NCBI GenBank assembly: GCA_951406725.2
Contig: OX597825.1
Coordinates: forward strand, 48,112,001 to 48,176,000
DNA from: Octopus vulgaris
Taxonomy: Eukaryota
DNA: 64,000 bases
Direction of reading: 5' to 3'
Part shown: positions 12,170 to 26,449 of the stretch, in pieces
Numbering within the stretch: the stretch's first letter is position 1
How the letters are laid out: every line of letters begins with the position of its first letter
Position numbers and translations under genes: made by a program
The notes under the pieces: model-generated
The model's input: only the letters and a program-made list of their open reading frames with translations
Told to the model about the DNA's origin: nothing
Databases searched by the model: none

Positions 12170-15145
12170 CGTTCGTTTATTGGCCTCAAGGGCTAACAAA
12201 AATCAATTAAAACATAAAGGGACAAAACAGAGGACGACGAAAGTTACAAAGGGTTTTGTCCGTTTGAAAAAGTCCGTGTATAAAAGCAAGATAACAACGA
12301 AATGTAAGTAACAATTAAAACTCCCAATAGGGGGAGGCGCTTCGAAAGGTTACTCGTGGAAAAACCTATAAAAGCCACGGTAGCCTGGTCAAAAGCGGGG
12401 TAGAGAGCCCCTTTCTCCTTTTATATTTCCTTTTAATTTTCACAGGTGTATCCCCAGAATTGGTCCGTTCATACCACATTCTTGCGACATTCACCAACCT
12501 TTCAATAAACTTGCTACCATACATCACTTCCCTCTCTACTCTCATCTTCCTTTTCAAGTGAAACTTGAAAAAGTTGATGAGGCCTTGGCCAAAGAGGAAA
12601 GTGTCTAACCATAGCCCTTTCAAACGGGTCCACCATATCACCTATATCGCTACAGCCACTAGGCAAAGGAATACTGCCTTGCCCTCCCGGTTAAAGGAGG
12701 TCGGCAGGGCAATCCTCACTATGGATTCAGCTGATAGCCTATACGTGACAGTAGCTGTTCGACATAAACCCATAGTTCAGCAATACTCGGGCACTGGACG
12801 AGTGCGTGCAGAACGGTTTCGTCGTCCTGGGCGCACCTCGGGCAGGCCCGTCTGACGGCACTTCCCTGCCGGTAGAGTTTATCCCGAACAGGCAGAGCCC
12901 CTCGGTAGCACTTCCAGGCGTGGGACCTTTGGAAATTATCCATTGGCCCCGGCCCGAAAGTTCTCCCGAACAGACTGTTTATCTCGTTATCGTCAACGCC
13001 TAGAGTTTCCCCGAGAACGTCGCCGCACTTTTCTTCCACTAAACCGCTATAGAACGCTAGAGTGGAACCACTACCGATCGCATTGCCCGCCTGGTGGAGG
13101 GCGGAGAGAGCTTGACGGCACTCGAGGTGCTAAGCGCCATTTCTCGGTCGGCATTTGATCCAAGACTGCAACTCTGTCAAAGAGACGAGCTGCGGAACAG
13201 GTGTGGTCATCTTTTGTCTGACAAAAGATGACCACACCTGTTCACCGTTTACGAAATACATGAGATGCCGTAGCCTGAGCGCATGTCTGCGCATCAGTAA
13301 CCACGGCATGCCAAGGCCTCCGTTCAGCGGCCGTTGACAGCAGATGGATCGCCTGACCAGTGGTACCTGACCCTTCCACAAGAAGTCGAAGAGCAAGCGC
13401 ACCAGCTTGGCCAACCAGCGATCGGGACAAGGGACGACGGTCAATCGGTAATAGATGATGGATGCGATGTACGCATTCGCCACCTCCGCTCGACCTTTCA
13501 GGGACAGCTTCCTCTCGGCCCATTTCTGGGTGAGATTGGCCACCCTGTTTGTCACCTCTTCCCAGTTTTTATCCACCTGGAGGTCTGGACCAAACCAGAC
13601 GCCGAGCAGTTTAACGGGTCCGTCTGTCCAGCGCCCTACAACACTGTTGGACGGCATGGACTTGACTCTCCAGGTGCCCAGTTGCAAGCCCACGGACTTT
13701 TCCACATTAATCTTTGCCCCTGTCACCACTTCGTACTCGCTTAGTGTCTCGCCAATCAGGTCAATGTGCCTTTGGCTCGACACCATCACGGTGACGTCGT
13801 CGGCATAGGCAGACACGCTGTTTCCACCTCCTAGATCACGCGGGATACCCCTCAAAGCCTCCAACTTGCGCAGTAATGGCTCGAGAGTCAATACGTACAA
13901 GAGGGAGGAGAGAGGGCATCCTTGGCGAACTGAACCATTTGTGGTCCGTGTAGTCGACTAGGTGGAATTGTGGACACCCTATGCTGTCCTTATCCGCTGG
14001 CCTACAGAAGACTCTATCTAAGTACGATCTAAACGACCCGATGCAATTAGTCCAAGTCCACATTGGCACATTCGGGTTGTCTAGTCGAAACCTATCGGAC
14101 AACTGAAAGCGCCTGAGCAGGTTGGCGAGGCACTTGCACCCACCTCTCCTATTAGATGCTCCCGTGCCCACCCGATCGAAACGTTCATCTAAGACAGCGT
14201 TCCAATCCCCAACTAGCACTAGAGTGCGTGACGTCCCCAAGAAAACTTCCAGACGCTTGAAATAATCGGACTGCCCTGCTCCTTTCAGAGTGTAGGCAGC
14301 CAGCAGTCTGAAAGCACCACCGTCACTACCGTCTACGTCAAGGACCACCAACTTACCTTCCGGATCCAGGAAGACTGTACCACCACTGGCCCCTCCCGGC
14401 CGACACGAAGATAGAAAAATCTCGTATCCGCTGAAAAGGGCCGCGAGTTCTTACGGGTTAGAGAGCCTGGTTTCACTAATGGCTGCTACATCAACTCTAT
14501 GAGACCTCAGGTCGTTTAACAGGTGACCCTGTTTCCAAGGTGACCCGAGGCCTCTTACATTTATGCTACCGATTCTGAGTTTTGCCATGTTTTAAAAGGT
14601 TAAGGAGAAAATGGCTCTACTTACTGTTGTTGTTTGGTGGGGTGGCTCCCTTGTGCTTTTGGACGGGTTTTTCCACCAGGTTTTTGTAGAGATTTTTGGA
14701 GAAATTTCTCCCTAGCGACCCAACATCGTTTGGGAATTTCTCCTTGATTTTATTATAATTGTCTTGTGTGATTTTAAATGTAAGTATGTGTGCTGGTAGT
14801 GTGTTGTGTGTGGGTATAATAAAATCTGACATTTTTGTGTCTGTGTTGTTTTTCAGGTATGTTACTAACTGTTCATTGTTCGTGTTTATTGTTGTAACGG
14901 TGTTGGTGGTGTCTGTGTATGTTGGTGTGTGTAGCAGTACTGGTAGAGAAGGTGTTGTTAATTGTTGTTGTTGTGGGTGCATGTTGTTGCTGTTGATGTT
15001 GGGAAGCACTAATTGTTCGCACCTCCCCAGTGTGTCATGTGTTTCTTTTTGTTTCTTTTTTCTTTTCTTTTTCGGTGGCACTGTGTGCCACTCCCCTTTC
15101 CCGCTATCAGTGCTCGCGCAATCCGAGCTGATTTGGTCTGGAAAG

Positions 15146-15146
<1 letters not shown>
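12170..15146 (-). mobile_element. L1/Tx1-clade non-LTR retrotransposon, 5'-truncated and internally deleted
   Basis: ORF1 end (14617-15140); ORF2 starts MAKLRIGSINVRGL; APE, RT and zinc-finger motifs; AATAAA then (TTA)n at the 3' end. Confidence 0.9.
12366..14588 (-). pseudogene. Tx1 ORF2 (APE endonuclease, reverse transcriptase, zf-RVT), disrupted
   Basis: APE: ISET, LVGDWN, SYLDR, TDHK, fused at ~13935 directly to RT SVRQGCPLSP...AYADD. CPRC...ETVLHALVQC. Stops and frameshifts present. Confidence 0.88.
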
Positions 15147-15243
<97 letters not shown>

Positions 15244-15378
15244 AAGAAGAAGAAGAAGAAGAAGAAGAAGAAGAAGAAGGAGGAGGAGGAGGAGGAGGAG
15301 GAGGAGGAGGAGAAGAAGAAGAAGAAGAAGAAGAAGAAGAAGAAGAAGAAGAAGAAGAAGAAGAAGAAGAAGAAGAAA
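15147..15378 (+). repeat. compound (TAA)n-(AAG)n-(GAG)n microsatellite
   Basis: Directly visible; separates the Tx1 and Dong copies. Confidence 0.95.
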
Positions 15379-18300
15379 CAACGAAGGGGAGCCTAATGAT
15401 TATGATAATATAAAAAGTAGAATAATCAAAGAACTAAAAACCACAGAGCTCAAAATGGACCACCGACCATACCTCCCAAAAATCAAAATAGACGAAACAA
15501 CAACACCAATTATAAACAGCATAAACCTAGCCGTCACGGAACTAAGAGCCACTGAAACAAAAAGCGATATCACTGACTTAGTATACGCAGCAGCCACTGC
15601 AGCCACAAAAGAAGCTGGATACTCACTCAAACCCACCCAAACAGGAGTACCACCACCCAAACAAACCCTGTGGATAAATAACATCCAAAACAAAATACAA
15701 AAAATGAGAAAGTCTCTGTCGATTCTTAATGAAATCAGTAGAGAATCTACGCTACTGAACAACAAAAAGAAAACAAAAATACTCCGCAAATACAACATCA
15801 CACAAAAAGATTTACCTGAGATAAAAGTAAAGCTAAAGCAAGATATCCTTGCCAAAGCACAAAGGATCTGCCGGTACGAGAAACGCCAGCACTTCTTTGA
15901 ACAAAACAAAAAGTTCAACCCCAAAAAGTTCTAACAAAAACTTGGCAAAAATAAAATAGAAATCACTGCAGCACCAACGGAAGAAGAAGTGGAAGAATTC
16001 TGGAGAGAAATATGGTCGGCGAACGAACAACCAAAAAAAAGGAGTATTGAAACAACAAACTCAGCATCTGAGCAACTTTGGACCCCCATAACAACTGAAG
16101 ATGTCACCCAGGCACTGCAAAGACTAAGCAACTGGAAGGCACCTGGGCATGACAAGATCCCCAACTTCTGGTTGAAATATCTAACAGGAATGCACAAAAA
16201 GCTGGCTGAAAACTTTAACAACATACTAGCAGAGCCAGAGACAATGCCTGAATGGCTCACGAAGGGGAAAAACCATCTTAATTCCCAAATCAAATGAGAC
16301 AGCAAAACCAGAAAACTACAGACCAATAACCTGTCTCCCTACAATGTACAAGGCATTTACTGCAGTGATATCGCAAAGGTTTAACAAGCACCAGGACGAA
16401 AACAACCTGTTTCCAGAAGAGCAGAAAGGATGCCGCAAAGGCTCATATGGCTGTAAAGATCAACTAATGATTAATAAAGCCATAACTGAAGACAGCCACA
16501 GAAAGAAGAAAGGCCTCAGTATGGCCTGGATCGACTACAAAAAGGCGGTTGATAGCATCCCCCACACATGGATCCTCGAAACACTAGCCATTAACAAAGT
16601 AGCACCAACAATTATAAAATTCATAGGACACTCTATGAATAAATGGCAAACAGTGCTACAGCTCCAAACAAAAGAAGGACTCATGAAAACCAAAGCCATC
16701 CCCATTAGAAGAGGAATATTCCAGGGAGACACGCTCTCTCCACTCCTTTTCTGCTTGGCACTGTCACCTCTATCTGATATGCTAAATAGAACTGGATGCG
16801 GATATAAATGTTATGGCAAAACGATCAGCCACCTTTTATATATGGATGACCTAAAACTATACGCTGCAAATGGCAAACAACTGGAAACACTATTAAAGAC
16901 AGTTCATGGATTTACCAAAGAAATAGATATGAAATTTGGATAAGAAAAATGCGCCAAAGTAACCCTGAAAAGTGGAAAACTAGTTAAGAGTAGCAACATC
17001 ACACTAGATAAAACCAATGAAATAAAAGAATTAGACCAAAGTCAAACTTACAAATACTTAAGAATCCATGAACTAGATAAGACACAACACACACAAATGA
17101 AAGAGAAAATAAAAAAAGAATATTATAGACGAGTTAGATCAACACTAAAAACAGAGCTCAATGCTAAAAACAAGATAATAGGTATTAACACTTTAGCTGT
17201 CCCAGTTATAAGTTACAGCTACAATATCCTTAACTGGACTCTAAATGAACTGACCAAAATAGATAGGAAAACAAGAAAAATAATGACAGGATCTAGGATG
17301 CATCACCCAAAATCTGACATAGAAATACTATATATACAACGTATAGAAGGTGGTAGAGGCCTTATACAGCTGGAAAACTACTATAAAATAACCACCATAG
17401 GAAAAAATATCTACTTCAGAAGGAAGAAAAACTGATACAAATAGCGGCAAAACACGAGCAAAACAAAAACTGTTCTCAGTATTTAAGGAAGCTGACAAAT
17501 ACAAACAAGAAATCATACCACCTAATAAATATGAAGAAGAAGAAGAAGAAGAAGAAGAAGAAGAAGAAGAAGAAGAAGAAGAAGAAGAAGAAGAAGAAGA
17601 AGAAGAAGAAGAAGAAGAAGAAGAAGAAGAAGAAGAAGAAGAAGAAGAAGAAAGAAGAAGAAGAAACAACAAAAGCTATAAAACAAATGAAATCCAAACT
17701 AAAACTAGAACAGCAAAGAACCATGATAAAACGATGGCAAGAAAAGCCCCTTCATGGTAAATACTGGACTAAACTAAACGCAAAAGAAATAGACGAAGAA
17801 AAATCCCAGCAGTGGTTGAGAAGCTCAGGACACAAAGCAGAGACAGAGGGATTCTTAATTGCAGCACAAGACCAAAGCCTCCCCACCAGAAACTACCAAA
17901 AACATGTACTGAAAAGAAATATGTGGCGATGGACAAGAAACAATAAATCATATTATCTCTGGCTGCCCAGTCCTGGCTAAGAAGGAATATATTCACAGAC
18001 ATGACAGAGTTGGAACCTACATACACTGGAAGCTATGCCAACATTATGGAATAACAACAGAAAAAAGATGGTATAGGCACACACCAGAAAAAGTCACAGA
18101 AAACGAGAAAGCAACCATACTCTGGGATATGCCGATACACACAGATAGAGAAATTAAGGCCAACAGACCAGATATAGTTGTCAGAGATCATGAAGAAAAA
18201 AATGCTTTCTAATTGATGTATCAATACCGGCAGATGACAACATTTCTCTAAAAGAAATGGAGAAACTTTCAAAATACAAAGACCTGGAAATAGAGGTAAC

Positions 18301-18580
18301 CAGAATGTGGAATCTAAAAACGGAAACAATTCCTATCATAGTAGGTGCATTAGGCATGATAAAAAAATATCCAGACAATTGCATAACAAAAACACCAGGA
18401 CTTACAAACACATATAACATACAGAAAATTGCACTACTAGGCACTGCACACATCCTACGCAGAACACTTTCCATACAATAACCATCAGAGCATCACAACA
18501 AATCACAGCACATACCCAAGGCACACAGAGCTGCGCTCGGTAGTGAAGTGAAAGCACGCTATAAAAATAAAACTACTGAA
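15377..18580 (+). mobile_element. R4/Dong-clade RLE retrotransposon, subfamily A, disrupted
   Basis: WKAPGHD, NYRPITCL, EQKGC, WIDYKKA, IFQGDTLSP, HLLYMDDLKLY, GGRGL, RHD, NRPD, KYKDL. Several frameshifts. 3' UTR ends AATAAAACTACTGAA then (TAA)n. Confidence 0.92.
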
Positions 18581-18582
18581 TG

Positions 18583-18766
<184 letters not shown>

Positions 18767-18794
18767 TAATAATGATAATAATAATAATAATAAT

Positions 18795-19882
18795 TATCGG
18801 AATTAGAGATAGACATACAAGAAACAAGCACAGAAAAAGCTAAGCGCATGAAAACCCGTGCCAAAACTGCGGCCTTAGATATTCTGAATAATAAATGGCA
18901 AGAAAAACCTCTCTATGGCAAATACCCAAAGAGAGCGAATAATGCAGATATTGACAAAGCCCTGACCCATCAATGGCTAATGGCCTCTGGCTTAAAATCT
19001 GAAACAGAGGGGTTTATCATAGCAGCTCAAGATCAATGCCTACCAACAAGAAACTACCAGGCCAACATATTAGAGAACGGCAGTAGCCCAACATGTCGTG
19101 TATGCCGACAACAAAATGAAACCATTGATCATGTTGTCTCCAAATGCAGCCTTCTAGCGCCAACAGAGTACCTCAACAGGCATGATAGAGCTGCACAATA
19201 TATTCACTGGGTAATTTGCAAAAACCTGGATTTGCCCCATGAAAAAAACTGGTGGGAACACAATCCACCTCCAGTGCTTGAAAATGACCACATCTCACTC
19301 CTCTGGAACTTCACCATTCAAACTGACAGGAAGATAGATGCAAATAGGCCAGACATCATATTGAAAGACTTCAGACAAAGAACATGCCTCCTCATTGATA
19401 TGACTGTCCCAATCGATATAAACGTATCTGTCAAGACCTACCAAAAACTGAGCAAATATAAAGATCTTGAAATAGAAATCAGCAAAATGTGGAAGCTGAA
19501 GACTAAAACAATACCTGTTGTCATAGGTGCCCTGGGAATGATAGCGAAAGGGACTAATTGCTACCTAACTCAGATACCAGGAAACCCCAAAATGGCAGAA
19601 ATTCAAAAGATAGTGCTCATGGGAACTGCTCATATCCTACGCAAAATACTCTCTATGTAATCCCAAGGTTTAAAACAAACTTTTTTTTTATTTATTTTTA
19701 TTTATTTATTTTTTTTATTTATTATTTTTTTTATGTATTAGACATTCACTAGTACAACACCAAAAAAAAAAAAAAAAAAAACCAAATATATGGCACAGAA
19801 CTTCCAACCTGTTGTCTCTTGAGGTCTCTGGGTGAGACTTGGAGCCAACTTGTACAGACATAAAGCAAAAGTCAAACATAGA
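18795..19882 (+). mobile_element. R4/Dong subfamily B, 5'-truncated
   Basis: ORF 18848-19660 with CRVC...HVVSKC zinc knuckle, RHD and RPD...KYKDL restriction-like endonuclease. Flanked by (TAA)n. Confidence 0.92.
18848..19660 (+). CDS. CCHC zinc knuckle plus PD-(D/E)xK restriction-like endonuclease of a Dong element (truncated ORF)
   Basis: Uninterrupted 270-aa frame with RLE motifs. Confidence 0.8.
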   Translation: MKTRAKTAALDILNNKWQEKPLYGKYPKRANNADIDKALTHQWLMASGLKSETEGFIIAAQDQCLPTRNYQANILENGSSPTCRVCRQQNETIDHVVSKCSLLAPTEYLNRHDRAAQYIHWVICKNLDLPHEKNWWEHNPPPVLENDHISLLWNFTIQTDRKIDANRPDIILKDFRQRTCLLIDMTVPIDINVSVKTYQKLSKYKDLEIEISKMWKLKTKTIPVVIGALGMIAKGTNCYLTQIPGNPKMAEIQKIVLMGTAHILRKILSM

Positions 19883-19902
19883 ATAATAATAATAATAATG
19901 AT

Positions 19903-20400
19903 TTCTTTATTGGTCACAAGGGCCGAACTTGAAGCGAATAGGGACAATACAACACAAAGAACAGTGGAGTTTGGAACAATGTCGAGTATACAATAAATAA
20001 TAACAATTGACAATACATTTAAACAATAACAATTCCCCAAAAGGAGGGAGTTCCTCACAGGGACAGCCAAGGAACCCCACACACATCCTGGTTACTCCGA
20101 CCGCGAGGTGCACCTCGGCAGGCATCCCTGTCCTTCTCAACTCTCAACCATTCAGGGACAGCTTCCTCTCTACCTATTTCTCGGTGAGACTTGCCACCGT
20201 ACTCGACACCTCCCCCCAGTTTTTGTCCACCTGGAGGTCCGTACCAAACTAAGCACCGAGTAATTTAACCGGCCCTCCGTCCAGCGCCCTACGACGCAGT
20301 CGGTTGGCATGGATCTGCTTCTCCCGCCGAGCCTCGGCAGGCCCAGCGACTTGTCCTGATTAATCTTTGCTCCTGTCACTGCTTCGTACTCACCGAAACC
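19903..20400 (-). mobile_element. Tx1-clade fragment (3' end plus RT piece)
   Basis: EYEAVTGAKINQDKSLGL...VVGRWT resembles the 13.6-kb copy. 3' end CTTGTGACCAATAAAGAA next to TTA repeats. Confidence 0.8.
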
Positions 20401-21824
20401 GGTCGCCACGAGGACAGTAATAATAATGTTTTCTTTATTGGCCACAAGGACTGAACAGAAAACAATAGAGGACAATGCAACACAAGGGACAAGTGGTGGG
20501 GAGCTTAGCACAAAAATTTGTGTGTACAATAAATCAAGAACAATTAAAGAACAACAAAAATTCAACAACAAAATTCCCCGAAAGGCGGTAGTTCCACTTA
20601 GGGACAAATAAGGGACCTCACACATCATGGTTATCTCGATGCCAGGGGCACCTCGGCAGCTGGGCCTCTCTTCAACTCCTCCGGTTTACAAGCATATGTT
20701 CAGAGTAGGTCCATTCACTCAGGCCATCCTCGCTACCTCCACCTACTTTTTAAAAAACCCCCAAAAAAACCTGGGGTGCGGGGAATAGTACTTCTCTCTC
20801 CACATTTACTTTCCATTTCAAGTGGACCATGAAAATGTTGATGAGGGCTAGGTGGCGAGGCGATCTTCACGATGTGATAGGCTGATAACAAGATCTGTCC
20901 TACGCGTCAACAGCAGTTCAACAAAGTTCCTTAAGTCAGCAATACCCAGAAACTGGACGAGTGCATGCAGAACGGTTTCGTTGTCTTGCTCACATCTCGG
21001 ACAGGTCCGTCTGACAGCACTTCCGTACCTATAGTGTTTGATTTGAGCCAGCAGAGCTCCTCGGTAACACTTCTAGGCTAGGGATTTCTGGAAATTATCC
21101 ATAGGCCCCAGTCCGAAAGTCCACCGGAAAAGACCAGCTAATCCCTTCCGGCGCACAGATTTTCCCCGAGGGCGTCGTTTCTCTTGTTTTCACTAATACC
21201 CTATGTGAAACTTCCACCAAGGGCTGTGAACGCTTACCGACACTCCATGTACCAAGCGCTCTTTCTCGATCTACGCTTGATCTACCGAAAAGATGTTGTA
21301 CATTGCAGCGATCCAGACTCAGAAAACGGGACCGAAACTGACCGCTGTGAGTACGGCTTCGAATTATTGATGATCGAACCTATCAAAAGCTCTTGACTAA
21401 TCCAAATTGATCAGGGCCCCATCCATTTTAGACCAGCTTATTGACGACAAGCGCTAACCTTCGCTAACACCTTGGTGTAATCTGTGTTTAGTAGAATTAC
21501 TGGCCTAAAAGTATCTGTTTGGTCCTTCCTTGCTTGGGTCCTTTCTCAGCAGCACCACCACGCTCACGACTCACAATTCTCCCGTTCTTCTGCTAGTTGC
21601 GGTAGAAATCCGTCCAGAAACCACCGAGCAATGTGGAAATAAAACTGGAAGAGTAGATCATTGCCGCAAAGTGCTTTGCTCTCGAATATTGCTGAATGTC
21701 GAGCATTATCTCTTTCAGTGCACCTTTCACATCTGCCTGACTTTCCGCTTCCGGCCGTTTTGCTATTGTCTTATTTATTGCGAGTAAATCAGCTTCGTAA
21801 TTAGAATCAACTTCCCGTGCCGTG

Positions 21825-21903
<79 letters not shown>

Positions 21904-22294
21904 ACTGTTTGTTGTCATTGTGGTAGTGTGATCTGCTGTACTTTGAACTTGGTGGGTGCTCACTTCGCCTTCCGTTTGTGGGTAAAAGATGGTGGGCTCT
22001 ACCGTATGTTACATCTCACTATTAGAACTACGTCTTGATTACTCCTCTATGTCACTTAGGAGGGTGGATGTCACGATGCTTGTTTTGAATTTATCTTTTT
22101 TCGAAAATAAAATAAAAAATTTCTTTTCGGATTTAGGACACAGACAAACACACCAACCAGAATTATGCAACAGCGTTGGTTTCGACAAACATTTGTAACA
22201 AAATAAACAATTAAAAATTTTTGGAGGCACAAACTTAAAGAAAAATTAAGAGCAAGAATACCTATATGCATCATGTACAAAAAATAATGATAAT

Positions 22295-22505
22295 AATCTT
22301 TTCAACTATAGGCACAAGTTCTGAAATTGGGGGGATGGGGTAAGCCGATTACATCGACCCCAGTGCAAAACTGGTACTTATTTCATCGACATTGAAAGGA
22401 TGAAAGGCAAAGTCAACCTCTGCGGAATTTGAACTCAGAACACGAAGACAGATGAAAGGCTGTTAAGCATTTCGCCCGGCGTACTAACGATTCTATCAAC
22501 TCGCC
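22295..22505 (+). mobile_element. SINE-like dispersed repeat
   Basis: CGATTACATCGACCCCAGT...CTGGTACTTA core also at ~50970 and ~62615. Confidence 0.65.
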
Positions 22506-22511
22506 GCCTTC

Positions 22512-22726
<215 letters not shown>

Positions 22727-23920
22727 CACTGATGCTGGTGGTGTTTTCGCTGGTAGTGGTGGTGCTGCTGCTGCTTTTGTATATATTGGTCGTGTGTTAG
22801 AGGTGTCTGCAGTAACGGAGTTAGTTCTTTGTGCATGCAGCAGAAAGCCGTTAAACCATTTGTTTCGCTACAAATGTGGCATCTCGGCTTTCTATACTCT
22901 ATTTCTTAAATAACTGTGATCCATTAGGGAGGTTGGTCAGATCGAGTATAGCTTCGATACTACGAAGATCGGCGTGTATCGGCAATTCCATGCCCGTGCC
23001 TGACCAATTTTCTTTCCCATTTTGTGAACTTGCAGAATGTTTGTTTTATTCTCTATGCCGTATACTACTACGGCTGCCACCAGCTGAGAGGTGTTCATTT
23101 CAAGTGATACCTCCGCTACTTTTATTTTGACCACTGTTATGACTGAATCAGCCATAATTCCTCATTATGAGGGTTCTCGCAGTTTCTTTGGTCAGTTTTT
23201 CAGTTGACAGACCTACCTTAACTGTGCCAAAACGTCTCCCATGGGTGACATAAGTTTTTAACACCTAGACCGGGCATTTTTCGTTCACTCCAGTCTCCTC
23301 GTCTTTCGCACACTCCAGCCTCATCTTTCGCTCACTCCAATCCCCTCGTCTTTAGCCTCCGCGTTTTTCGCTCACTTTAGCCTCCTCATCTTTCGCTCAC
23401 TCCAGTCTTATCGTCTTTAACGAAATACATTGATATTTAATGATTTTTTTCTTCTTAGTGTCTTCCTACACTTCCTCCGATGTGTTAAAGAAAACTGTTC
23501 TCCGAATCTATGTTAAGTGCGGTTTGAGGTCACAACCTTTTTTTAACTTTCCGACAGGCTTGTGCAAAACCGTTCCCATTCTGCTTAGAAAAAGACCGGG
23601 CGCTTCTGTCGTTTTATTAATGCCTGTGTTGTTGGTGGCAGTGGTAGCCATAATGGCGGCATTTTCTGGGGACCTAGTGGAGGTCATGTTCGCGTCATTT
23701 AAAAAAATATCTTTTTCCTCACTGCTGCTGCTGCTGCTTCTGTAACACCTACGGTAACAGAAGCCTCACCCACACCAGTCGATCGAACCACCAGCTTAGA
23801 AATGCACTACTATGTAGACATACTCTCCTACCTGGCATAGATTTTTTCAACTGTGAAAACTCGTCTTGCGAGGAAGAAAGTTTTGGAGCCCTAGCAGTTA
23901 TTGTTGCTTCTGTTGTTGTT

Positions 23921-23986
<66 letters not shown>

Positions 23987-24277
23987 ATTGCTGTTGTTGC
24001 TGTCTGCTTTGTTTCTCAACTGCATCGACTAGTGGTGGGGAAACAATGTCATAACGGCTGTTCCAACAGCTATCACTTCCCTCGATTTGGGAAGTCATAG
24101 TGATATTTTTGCTTAGAAAAATTAAAGCTTCAGTTGTAAATGTCAAAATTCACCTTTAAAAGGAAAATTGTCGACAGACCACCTGGGTTATTTAGTTAAT
24201 ACTTCAACAAATCTGGAATACCAACTCATGAAAAAACAAATTAGGACCTTGAACAAGCATCCATTTCTTTCAAAAAC

Positions 24278-24331
<54 letters not shown>

Positions 24332-24334
24332 CAC

Positions 24335-25903
24335 TAACACTGATTCTGAGGAAAGCAAAAGCTGGGTATGTATTCAAAAACCGCCAACAAAAAGTCAACC
24401 ATTTGTTATTCATGGATGACCTCAAACTTTATGGTAAAGATGAAGCCCAAGTCAGTTCCCTCGTTGATATAGTGTATGCCTTCAGTGCTTACGTCAGAAT
24501 GGAGTTCGGACTGAGAAAGTGTGGTGTATTAGTCTTGAAGAGAGAGGCAAAATCAAATGTATGAACGTACTAACGATACCGTCGGGGCAGGTTATGAAGC
24601 AAATAGAAAAGACGGGCTATAAGTACTTGGATATTTTGGAAATGGATAAATTGATGGAGAAAGAAATGACAGAAAAATTTAAGATGGAGACTGACCCTTA
24701 AGTCGAAATTAATCGGACGGAATGAGATCGAAGCTATCAACACCTGGGCGGTTTCACTCCTTCGATATGGAGCAGGGATAATCGCGTGGACACTAGACGA
24801 ACTAAACAGCTTAGACGAAAGACAAGGAAGTTGCTAACTAGATATGGGACACTCCATCCAAAAATTGACACAGACAGATTGTATGTAGCAAGAAAAATAG
24901 GGGTAAGAGGACTTATTGGATGCGAACACAGCATTAGAGCAGAAGAAAACAACATAGCATGGTATGTAAAAAATGCCACAGAATCGCCATTATTAGAAGG
25001 TCAGGCTTGTGTTGGATGAAAGATTGCAAAGAGAAAGCACTGTACAAGAAATTGAAAACGAATGAAACTGAAAATAGGTGGGTAAAGAAAAGAGTGCATG
25101 GTCAATTCCATAGGGATGTTGAAGATAAGACAGTCAGAGAAAAAGGATGGCTATGGATGACTAAAAGTGATTTAAAACTGGAAACGGAAGCTCTAATTTG
25201 TGCTGCTCAACAGCAAGCTCTAAGAACAAACTACATAAAATACAGAATAGACAACACAGCAGAAAATGATAAGTGCAGATTCTGTGGTCAAAACGGTGAA
25301 ACCTTATGGCATATTACCAGCCAATGTACGCTATTAGCCCTGAAGGAATATAAGAGATGCCACGACAATATAGCCAGGCTTGTCTTTTGGACACTTTGCA
25401 ACAAGTATGGACTTGACAGAGCAAAAAATTGGTACGACCACAAACCCGAAGGCGTCGTCGAAAATAAAAATGCAAAGATCCTGTGAGATTTTATGATTCA
25501 GCGCGATCATGAGATAGAGAATAGGAAGGCAGAAATAGTCTTAATTGAGAAAGAAAGCAAACTATGCTGGATCATAGATATAGCATGCCCAGCTGACAAT
25601 AAGGTATGCGATAAGGAAGAAAGGAAAGTTGAGTGATATGACAGGTTAGCTTGGGAAGTTAAGCAGTTGTGGTCGATGAAAAAGGTAGCAGTCGTACCAA
25701 TAATCGTCGGAGTAAAATCTCGAGAAGTACGTGGAACAAATAGGGGCTGCAATAAGGGTGGAGCACTTGCAGAAAACAGCACTGCATGGAACCGCCCGAA
25801 TACTCCGGAAGGTGCTCGAAAAATAAGAAGTATTACCTTAGTTCGCTGGTAGTGAACAGCTTTCACTATACTACATCTCCAGCGTTAGAAGCTGGGCAAA
25901 GGC
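24335..25903 (+). mobile_element. R4/Dong subfamily D, 5'-truncated, degenerate
   Basis: NHLLFMDDLKLYGK, YKYL, LHPKIDTDRLY...GVRGL, CRFC...ETLWHITSQC, CHDNIA. Flanked by (TAA)n. Confidence 0.88.
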
Positions 25904-26046
<143 letters not shown>

Positions 26047-26099
26047 TGCTGCTGCTGATGATAATAATAATAACAATAATAATAATAATAATAATAATT

Positions 26100-26430
26100 C
26101 TTAATGATAGATGTGACAGTACCATCAGAGAGAAATGTGTCCATTAAAGAAGTTGAGCCGTTATTTAAGTACAAAAACCTAGAAGTAACCAAGATGTGGG
26201 GAATGAAAAGCAGCACAGCACCAGTGGTGATTGGAGCGTTAGAGCTAATAAAAATGGGCCTTCATAAGCAGCTCAACAAAATACCTTGCAGTGTTAACGT
26301 GGGAGAACTTCAGAAAATAGCGTTGCTAGGTCCTGCACACATTTCACACCGTGTACTCTCCATGAGATGAGGACCTGCTGTGACTCTAGGGTCAAGGGAT
26401 GATCCCGGTTCAGCAGAAGACAACGGACTA
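26100..26430 (+). mobile_element. R4/Dong subfamily E 3' fragment
   Basis: IDVTVPSERNVSIKE...KYKNL...PVVIGAL...LQKIALLG RLE end plus 3' UTR. Confidence 0.8.
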
Positions 26431-26449
26431 TATTTTATTTAAAGAAATA

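Noticed and set aside
14759-15934. 391-aa ORF with poly-I and poly-R
   Set aside because: Chimera of antisense Tx1 ORF1, microsatellite and a Dong fragment.
23280-23420. CRISPR-like short repeat array
   Set aside because: Contiguous ~22-30-bp tandem units without unique spacers, in eukaryotic transposon context.
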